Positions 28,620 to 35,273 of a stretch of DNA of 41,611 nt are shown here, one piece after another. Both the position numbers and the translations under genes were made by a program. How positions within the stretch are numbered: the stretch's first letter is position 1; each line of letters begins with the position of its first letter. Source of the DNA: a virus; the UHGV virus genome UHGV-0389583, one strand, 5' to 3'. The notes below the pieces were generated by a model. The model was given only the letters and a program-made list of their open reading frames with translations, ran no database searches and had not been told where the DNA came from.

Positions 28620-28928
28620 ATGAGCATACCAGAGAAAGTAAAAGTTTTATATAAAGAATATACAGTAGAAGAACAACAGAATCTACATGATGAAGAAGGC
28701 GATTTGTATGGGCTGATACAGTATCTCCCAGAGAAAATCGTCCTGAATGCAGATGCGTCAGAAGAACAGAAAAAATCGACTTTAGTACATGAATTGTTGC
28801 ATGCACTTGATGAAATGTACAGTATTGAACTGGAAGAGAAGCAGGTTGAGAAACTTGGAAATGCGTTGTATATGCTACATTGCGATAATCCACAATTGTT
28901 TCACGCCGAAGGGGGCGATAACGATTGA
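28620..28928 (+). CDS. Small HExxH (zincin-like) protein in the head module
   Basis: LVHELLHALDE motif; RBS aaggaaggaag. Confidence 0.4.
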   Translation: MSIPEKVKVLYKEYTVEEQQNLHDEEGDLYGLIQYLPEKIVLNADASEEQKKSTLVHELLHALDEMYSIELEEKQVEKLGNALYMLHCDNPQLFHAEGGDND

Positions 28929-29212
28929 TTGAGGTAAGAATTCGACCAGAGCGAATCGAAATCTCTGGACACGCCGGGCACGCAGAACCTGGAAAAGACA
29001 TTGTTTGTGCTGGCGTTACGGCGCTTACGCAGACGCTGATCCAGTCGATTGATGACTTAACGGATGATGAAATAGAATACAGAATATCTCCCGGAAAGGC
29101 TGAGATAGAATACAGGAATCTGTCAGAGAAATCAAAAACTCTGGTGGATTCCTTTTTCGTTGGCATTCGCTTGATTGCCGATGAGTTTCCGGATTATGTA
29201 GCAATTATGTAA
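28925..29212 (+). CDS. prp: Prp-family cysteine protease (L27-type N-terminal processing protease homologue)
   Basis: GHAGHAEPGKDIVCAGVTAL matches the Prp His/Cys catalytic dyad signature; sits immediately upstream of scaffold and capsid genes that carry the MLQLFA motif. Confidence 0.7.
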   Translation: MIEVRIRPERIEISGHAGHAEPGKDIVCAGVTALTQTLIQSIDDLTDDEIEYRISPGKAEIEYRNLSEKSKTLVDSFFVGIRLIADEFPDYVAIM

Positions 29213-29295
29213 TTCGCGCCCAAGTCTTGAAGGCGTAAAAAGCTAGGGGAAAGGACCATGAAGAATGTCATTAAACTTTTAGGAGGTAAAGAAAA

Positions 29296-29871
29296 ATGAA
29301 GAGCAGGATGTTTAGAATGCTGCAGTTATTTGCAGAAGAAACCGTAGATCACACAGCAGAACCTGATGCGGTGAAAGATAGTGTTAATCCGGAAAACACA
29401 TCTGATGATAGCGGGGAAGAAAAAAAGTACACAGACAAGGATGTGGATGCGATTGTAAACAAAAGATTCGCAAAATGGAAAACTGAGCAGGAACAGGCGG
29501 TAAAGAGTGCTAAGGAAGAGGCAGAAAAGCTGGCAAAAATGAATGCTGAGCAGAAACAGAATTACGAGATCGAGAAGTTGCAAAAAGAGAATGAAAAACT
29601 GAAGCAGGAGGCTGCAAAGGTTGAGCTTAGCAGAAGCGCCACAGGCATTCTTGCAGAAAAAGGAATTGAAGCAACGCAGGATGTTCTTGATTTTGTTGTA
29701 GGGAATGACGCTGATGATACGAATGCAAAAATTGATAAGCTTGTAAAAATCGTGGAATACCAGCTTAAGAAAGCCGAGATCGCCAGAGCAACCGGAACTA
29801 CACCAAAAACCATGACGAACTCAGGAAGCCAGTTGTCTGAATTTGAAAAGAGACTTGCAAAGTATAAATAA
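29296..29871 (+). CDS. Scaffolding protein (coiled-coil) with N-terminal Prp-type cleavage motif MLQLFA-EE
   Basis: Highly charged, helical, KEN/Q-rich; position upstream of the capsid gene; RBS taggaggtaaag. Confidence 0.65.
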   Translation: MKSRMFRMLQLFAEETVDHTAEPDAVKDSVNPENTSDDSGEEKKYTDKDVDAIVNKRFAKWKTEQEQAVKSAKEEAEKLAKMNAEQKQNYEIEKLQKENEKLKQEAAKVELSRSATGILAEKGIEATQDVLDFVVGNDADDTNAKIDKLVKIVEYQLKKAEIARATGTTPKTMTNSGSQLSEFEKRLAKYK

Positions 29872-29885
29872 GGAGAATGTGAAGA

Positions 29886-30802
29886 TGAAGAATAGAGAAT
29901 TTATGATGTTACAGTTATTTGCGGCAGGAGACAACAATGATATGCCGATAAGGAGCTACCAGCTTGAGTTTAAAAGTCTTTTGCAGGCAGTATTTAAAAA
30001 GATGTCCTATTTCGCGGATTTTTTCGGCGGCGAACTTGAGGCACTGGATGGAGTCAGAGAAAACGAAACAGCCTTTTATGTAAAAACATCAGACATTCCG
30101 GTTGTGGTTGGAACTGGGTACGATAAAACAGCTACGAAAGCTTTTGGAACGGGAACCGGTAATTCTAGCCGTTTCGGAGAAAGAACAGAGATTATTTACA
30201 CTAACACACCGGTTAATTACTCTTGGGGATGGAATTTCCATGAGGGGATTGACCGCCACACCGTAAATAATGATTTTGATGTTGCGGTAGCAGATCGCTT
30301 GGAACTGCAGTCTCGGGCAAAAACAAAGCAGTTTAATAAGCAGCATGGAAAATTTATTTCCACATCTGCCGGAAAAACTTTAAGCGTTGCTGATTATACG
30401 GCAGACAATGTTTTGAAGTTGTTCAATGAACTTTCTAAGTATTTCAATAATATTGAAGCAGTTGGAACGAAAAAAATTAAGGTTTGTTCCGATCTGTACA
30501 ATGCCGTTGTGGATCATCCTCTGAATACGACTGCTAAAAACTCTACTGTAAACATTGATGGCAATGAGGTTGTGAAGTTCAAGGGATTCCTTGTAGAGGA
30601 GATTCCGGATGAGCTCTTCCAGTCCAAAGAATGTGCCTATGCATATATTGCCGGAGTTGCAAAAGCATTTACTGGAATTAACACAGCGAGAACGATCGAA
30701 TCCGAGGATTTTGACGGTGTAGCTTTGCAGGGAGCTGGTAAGGCTGGAGAATTTATTCCGAATGACAACAAGAAAGCTGTAGTTAAAGTGTCGGTGGGGT
30801 AG
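29886..30802 (+). CDS. Major capsid protein with N-terminal Prp-type cleavage motif MMLQLFA-AG
   Basis: RBS aaggag 8 nt upstream of ATG 29886; 305 aa; position after the scaffold gene. Confidence 0.7.
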
Positions 30803-30873
30803 TACCCACTGACGATACCGCCTTGATTGGCAGTGGGAAGATCGGAAAGGCAAAAGTAGGAAAAGCGAAATAA
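30796..30873 (+). other. Putative programmed -1 frameshift cassette at the capsid 3' end. G_GGG run abutting the UAG stop, 5-nt spacer, stem cccactg/cagtggg with a 19-nt loop whose gcctt can pair with the downstream aaggc (H-type pseudoknot). The -1 frame is open for 24 codons: VVPTDDTALIGSGKIGKAKVGKAK
   Basis: Read directly; a second copy follows the major tail gene (34389..34466). Confidence 0.4.
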
Positions 30874-30892
30874 TATAACGGAGGTAGTAGAT

Positions 30893-31222
30893 ATGGCATA
30901 TACACCAACAACATGGAGCGATGGAGACGTTATTACAGCAGAGAAACTGAATAAGTTAGAGCAGGGCGTGAAGAATGAGCAGGTTGGACCGGCAGGACCA
31001 GCAGGAGCAGTAGGACCGAAAGGAGACAAGGGAGATCCGGGCGCACAGGGACCTGCGGGACCAAGTTACACTCTTCCAGCGGCGAATAAAACAACGCTCG
31101 GCGGTGTGAAACAGATGGCTTTGATTGCAGATTTGTCGACAGAAACAGCGACTGATCTGAAAAACAAAATCAATGCGATTCTTGCGGAGATGAAAAAACA
31201 GGGGATTATGGCGAATTCGTAA
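30893..31222 (+). CDS. Collagen-like repeat protein (8 GXY triplets), candidate head decoration or head fiber protein
   Basis: GPAGPAGAVGPKGDKGDPGAQGPAGP; lies between the capsid and connector genes; RBS ggaggtag. Confidence 0.5.
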   Translation: MAYTPTTWSDGDVITAEKLNKLEQGVKNEQVGPAGPAGAVGPKGDKGDPGAQGPAGPSYTLPAANKTTLGGVKQMALIADLSTETATDLKNKINAILAEMKKQGIMANS

Positions 31223-31236
31223 GGAGTTGAAATTGA

Positions 31237-31563
31237 ATGTTGGATGATTTAAAAATTCTTCTGGGAATTGACGTTTCCGATAGGGATTCCGATGAAAAGC
31301 TTTTACTGATTCTGGAATCTGTGCGAAATCGTTTGAAACTGCTTCTTGGTGGCATGGAAGTGCCATCGAGTATGCAGCATATCGTTACGGATGTGGCAGT
31401 GATCCGGTTTAACCGCATTGGCTCTGAGGGCATGTCCTCACATAGCGTGGCTGGAGAAAGTACTACGTACAATGAAAATGATTTTTCCGCCTATATGGAC
31501 GAAATACAAGCGTATCTTGACTCTGTAGACGGGGTAAAACGTGGGAGGGTGCGATTCCTATGA
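31237..31563 (+). CDS. Head-tail connector protein (gp6-like)
   Basis: N-terminus MLDDLKILLGIDVSDRDSDEKLLLILESV is typical of this family. Confidence 0.6.
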   Translation: MLDDLKILLGIDVSDRDSDEKLLLILESVRNRLKLLLGGMEVPSSMQHIVTDVAVIRFNRIGSEGMSSHSVAGESTTYNENDFSAYMDEIQAYLDSVDGVKRGRVRFL

Positions 31564-31874
31564 GGTATGATAAAGCTGTATATTTTCAGACGGTAGAACA
31601 TGGAGCGTACAATCCAGATACTGGTGATTACGCAGATGACCACGTGACGGAAGTGAAGAAGTACGGAAGCGTTTCAGATACCGGAACAGAAACGATGAAC
31701 CTGATTTATGGCAGCATTAAACAAGGAAGTCTTACAATTCAATTGCAGACTCATTATGCAGAAATATTCCACCGGATCAGAGTCGGAAGGAAAGTGTACG
31801 GAGTGGATTTTGAGCGGAAACTTCGAACAAAGCATGTGTTTGTAGTGTCGGAGGTGCAAAGTGGCAGAAATTAA
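31560..31874 (+). CDS. Head closure / head-tail adaptor protein
   Basis: Position and size (104 aa); ATGA overlap with the connector gene. Confidence 0.45.
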   Translation: MRYDKAVYFQTVEHGAYNPDTGDYADDHVTEVKKYGSVSDTGTETMNLIYGSIKQGSLTIQLQTHYAEIFHRIRVGRKVYGVDFERKLRTKHVFVVSEVQSGRN

Positions 31875-32100
31875 GTTTGAGGGAATTGTGAAGATGAGCA
31901 AAGGTTTAAAAAAGCGTATGGATATGAGTACAGTGAAGACCACCGTAAAATTGAACGGCTCTGAGATGCAAAAGAAAGCACAGAGGAAGGCTCCGGTAGA
32001 TACTAGCAATCTTAAGAACAACATCGGCTTGGAGATTTCAGACGGTGGAATGACTGCCACCGTAGAGTCAACAGCTGATTATTCTGTGTACGTGGAACTA

Positions 32101-33368
32101 GTATAGAATAAATTAAATTTCTACTATATATTTTAAGGATAATGTATGGTAAAATAGTGTTATCTAAGAAAGGATGAACACTATGAGAAAAACATATCTT
32201 CCTCTGTCAGATGAAGACAGAGATTACCTTAAAGCATTATCCAAAAAGAGAACCATTCAGGCACAAGTTGTGGACCGTGCCAGAATCCTTTTATATAAAG
32301 CCGATGGAATGACATTCCAGCAAATTGCTGATAAACTTGCCATTAGTACTGCAACGGTACGCCTTTGTATTTCGAAGTTTCAGAAAGGCGGTTTAGATGC
32401 TGCACTGTTTGATGTTCAGCGTCCTGGACGTCCATCGGAAATTACTGATGATGCAAAGGCATGGATGATTCATATTGCGTGTCAGAGACCGACAGAACTC
32501 GGTTATGCACAGGAATTGTGGACGTTGACCTCTCTCCACAAATACATTCAGAAACATGCAGAAGAAGCGGGATATCCAAGGCTTTCAACCGTTACCAAAC
32601 CGTATATCCAGAAATTTCTTAAGGAACAGGATATGAAACCCTTTAAAATCAAATATTACTGTGAAAAACGGGATCCTGATTTTGAATCAAAAATGCATGA
32701 GGTTCTGTTGGTTTATAAACAGATTGAAATGCAGTTTGATGAAAATGGTGATCTCATTGTTCCAGACGATTATAAACTGACGATTACGGTATCGTATGAT
32801 GAGAAGCCGGGCATTCAGGCAATCTCCAATACGGCACCGGATTTACGCCCGACATCAGAACATGGGGAAGTATATCGTGATGCAGAATACAAACGTCTGG
32901 GAACGCTCTCTTTACTGGCTGGCATTGATTTACTCACTGGAGAAGCAATTCCGTTAGTAAGTGAGACCCATAAGAGTTCTGATTTTATTGAGTTTTTAAA
33001 GATACTGGACAAAAAATATCCATCACAGGATACCATTCGGATCATCCTGGATAATCATTCTGCACATACTTCCAAAGAAACACGGCGCTTTCTGGATACT
33101 ATGCCAAAGGGACGTTTTAAATTTGTGTTTACACCAAAACATGGCTCATGGTTAAACATGATTGAAAGCTTCTTCAGCAAGATGACCAGACAGATGCTTC
33201 GAGGAATTCGTGTCAATACCAAACAGGAGTTGGAAGAACGAATTTACAAGTACTTTGACGAAGTGAATCGTGAACCCGTGGTTTATCACTGGAAGTATAA
33301 AATGGATGAAATCAGTGAAGAGGAAGCAGTATCAATTTAATATAGCAATTATTTAATATTCGTTATAC
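32101..33368 (+). mobile_element. IS630-family insertion sequence (1268 bp) flanked by a duplicated TA (32099..32100 and 33369..33370)
   Basis: Imperfect terminal inverted repeats (left gtatagaataaattaaatttctactatat versus right reverse-complement gtataacgaatattaaataattgctatat); single transposase ORF; TA target duplication characteristic of IS630/Tc1. Confidence 0.75.
32183..33340 (+). CDS. IS630-family DDE transposase
   Basis: N-terminal HTH (ARILLYKADGMTFQQIADKL), central DNHSAHT and C-terminal HGSWLNMIESFF DDE residues. Confidence 0.85.
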   Translation: MRKTYLPLSDEDRDYLKALSKKRTIQAQVVDRARILLYKADGMTFQQIADKLAISTATVRLCISKFQKGGLDAALFDVQRPGRPSEITDDAKAWMIHIACQRPTELGYAQELWTLTSLHKYIQKHAEEAGYPRLSTVTKPYIQKFLKEQDMKPFKIKYYCEKRDPDFESKMHEVLLVYKQIEMQFDENGDLIVPDDYKLTITVSYDEKPGIQAISNTAPDLRPTSEHGEVYRDAEYKRLGTLSLLAGIDLLTGEAIPLVSETHKSSDFIEFLKILDKKYPSQDTIRIILDNHSAHTSKETRRFLDTMPKGRFKFVFTPKHGSWLNMIESFFSKMTRQMLRGIRVNTKQELEERIYKYFDEVNREPVVYHWKYKMDEISEEEAVSI

Positions 33369-33469
33369 TAGGAACCCGCTTCATGGAAGCACAGCCATAT
33401 ATGAAGCCTGCATTTGAGGAGCAGAAGAAACAGTTTGAAAAAGATTTACAAAAGCTTGTGAGGTGAGAC

Positions 33470-33853
33470 ATGGATCCACAGCAAGAATTATTTACAGAAT
33501 TACTTACAGAGATCAAAGCATTAGGATGTGACGTATATGATGGCTTCTTACCGCCGGATGGTACGCCGTATCCTTTTGTTTATCTCGCAGATAGCCAACA
33601 GTCAGATGATGCCAATAAAACGGCTGTGTTTGGCAATGTGTATCAGACAATTCATGTCTGGCACAACAATCCAAGACAGAGGGGAACGGTGTCAAAAATG
33701 CTGCTGGCGATCAAAAGCGCATGCAGAAGACTGGATCATACCGAAAATTTTGCATGGAATGTCCGGAATGTAAACCAGAGGATACTTCCGGATACAACAA
33801 CAAAACAACCTTTATTGCACGGGGTGTTGGAAATTGAATTTAAGTTTAGTTAA
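33470..33853 (+). CDS. Tail component / tail completion protein
   Basis: 127 aa between the head-tail joining genes and the major tail protein. Confidence 0.45.
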   Translation: MDPQQELFTELLTEIKALGCDVYDGFLPPDGTPYPFVYLADSQQSDDANKTAVFGNVYQTIHVWHNNPRQRGTVSKMLLAIKSACRRLDHTENFAWNVRNVNQRILPDTTTKQPLLHGVLEIEFKFS

Positions 33854-33870
33854 CAGAGAGGAGAAAAAGC

Positions 33871-34398
33871 ATGTTTGAGACAGGATTACAGTTATTTGCA
33901 GAGGCGGTATCTGGCAAGAAAATTGTATATTTGTACCGCCTTGCAGAAAAAGCGAAACAGGAAGCAGCAAAGAATCTTGCGTTTACAACGGAGAATGGAA
34001 GAACCAAGAGTAAGGATGCAGATTCTACTGCAACGAAAGACGGTACAATCCGTACACCAGGAGCTGCGGAGACAGAAATTACAGCCACTGCGGTTTTGGC
34101 AAAAGGCGATAAATTGATCACAGAACTTGAGGACGCTATGGATTCCGATAAACTTCTTGAAATTTGGGAAGTAAACCTTGAAGAAGCAGCGGAAGCGGGT
34201 CCGAATAAATTTAAGGGAATGTATTTCCAAGGATATCTCACAGAAGTTGAGGTCACGTCTTCTGCAGATGAGAATGTGGAAGTATCCCTTACTTTTGGCA
34301 TCAACGGATCAGGTAAACGCGGAGATGTAACCGTGACAACGCAGCAGCAGGAAATCGCGAATTACGTGTTTAAGGACAGCGTGAAAGAGGGGGAATAA
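33871..34398 (+). CDS. Major tail (tube) protein with N-terminal Prp-type motif MFETGLQLFA-EA
   Basis: 175 aa immediately upstream of the tail chaperones and tape measure; RBS agaggagaaaaagc. Confidence 0.65.
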   Translation: MFETGLQLFAEAVSGKKIVYLYRLAEKAKQEAAKNLAFTTENGRTKSKDADSTATKDGTIRTPGAAETEITATAVLAKGDKLITELEDAMDSDKLLEIWEVNLEEAAEAGPNKFKGMYFQGYLTEVEVTSSADENVEVSLTFGINGSGKRGDVTVTTQQQEIANYVFKDSVKEGE

Positions 34399-34466
34399 TG
34401 CCCTCTGACGATGTAGCCTTAATCGGCAGAGGTAAAGTAGGAAAGGCAAAAGTAGGAAAAGAATAG
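34389..34466 (+). other. Second copy of the putative -1 frameshift cassette, at the major tail gene 3' end. GGGGG run, 7-nt spacer, stem ccctctg/cagagg with compensatory changes relative to copy 1, loop gcctt, downstream aaggc. The -1 frame encodes ...GIMPSDDVALIGRGKVGKAKVGKE; the ATG at 34398 overlaps the stop (TAATG)
   Basis: Read directly; peptide conserved with copy 1 and showing several synonymous third-position differences. Confidence 0.4.
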
Positions 34467-34520
34467 ATCATGTACATAGAGGGCGGCAAGACCGCTCTCT
34501 TTTTAATGGAGGAATAAAAA

Positions 34521-34919
34521 ATGATGGAATTAACAATTAACGGACAGGTGTACCAGTTTAACTTTGGAATGGGATTTTTGAGAGAGATAAACAAGCAGAC
34601 AAATGTGCCGATAGATGGAGCACCTGGAGTTAAAAAAGATGTGGGGTTCCGGTACGCGCTTATGAATTTGATGGATGGAGATCCAGAAGCTCTTGTGAAT
34701 ATTCTTGATGTTGCGAATAAAGGGCAGAACCCAAGAGTAACAAGAAATCTGCTCGATGGTTATATCGATGACGAGAATACAGATATCGATGAGCTTACAG
34801 ATACAGTAATGGGTTTCTTAAAGAGTGCGAATGCTACGAAGAGGACGACGAAAGAGTTGGTGGATGCTGTGGAGAAAGAGAAACAGAGGATAGAAGAGGA
34901 AGAAGCACGGAAAAGATAG
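34521..34919 (+). CDS. Tail assembly chaperone (gpG-like)
   Basis: Position immediately upstream of the tape measure; acidic C-terminus. Confidence 0.5.
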   Translation: MMELTINGQVYQFNFGMGFLREINKQTNVPIDGAPGVKKDVGFRYALMNLMDGDPEALVNILDVANKGQNPRVTRNLLDGYIDDENTDIDELTDTVMGFLKSANATKRTTKELVDAVEKEKQRIEEEEARKR

Positions 34920-34960
34920 TTGATGGTGTAGGGTTTGAAGAATACTACAAAGAAGCAGCT

Positions 34961-35269
34961 TTGAATTGTTTTCGGTATCTGGGTTTCAAGAGCTTTGAAG
35001 AAGTGGACAGGTTGACGATCCCGGAATACACCCTGCTTATGGAAGCTGTGCAGCTAAGAGAAGTAGATAAGGACTATCGAAATCATCTGCAGGCATTCTT
35101 AAATTTTGCTGTAAAAGCAGAGAAAAAGGTTGGAAAGAATAGGTCGAAACCAGTGTATCAGAGATTCAGAAAATTCTTTGATTACGAAAAAGAAGTAGAT
35201 CGTGTGAGGAACCGAAAGCAAAAAAATGAAAGATTGGACATAATCGGCAGAATGATGAAAGGAGAGTGA
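34961..35269 (+). CDS. Tail assembly chaperone T-like segment, in the -1 frame relative to the G gene; may be expressed as a G-T frameshift fusion
   Basis: The frame is open upstream back into the G-gene 3' end; the ORF-track start is a TTG; no canonical slippery heptamer identified. Confidence 0.4.
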   Translation: MNCFRYLGFKSFEEVDRLTIPEYTLLMEAVQLREVDKDYRNHLQAFLNFAVKAEKKVGKNRSKPVYQRFRKFFDYEKEVDRVRNRKQKNERLDIIGRMMKGE

Positions 35270-35273
35270 TGGC

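Larger units (their letters stand above)
31861..33466 (+). pseudogene. HK97 gp10-like head-tail joining gene disrupted by an IS630-family insertion. 5' part 31861..32100 (80 codons); 3' part 33371..33466 (31 codons GTRFMEAQPYMKPAFEEQKKQFEKDLQKLVR, in frame once the IS and one TA are removed)
   Basis: Frame continuity checked by arithmetic (the 1270-bp insertion shifts frame by 1, which restores the reading frame); the 3' fragment has no own start and ends 4 nt before the next gene. Confidence 0.6.
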
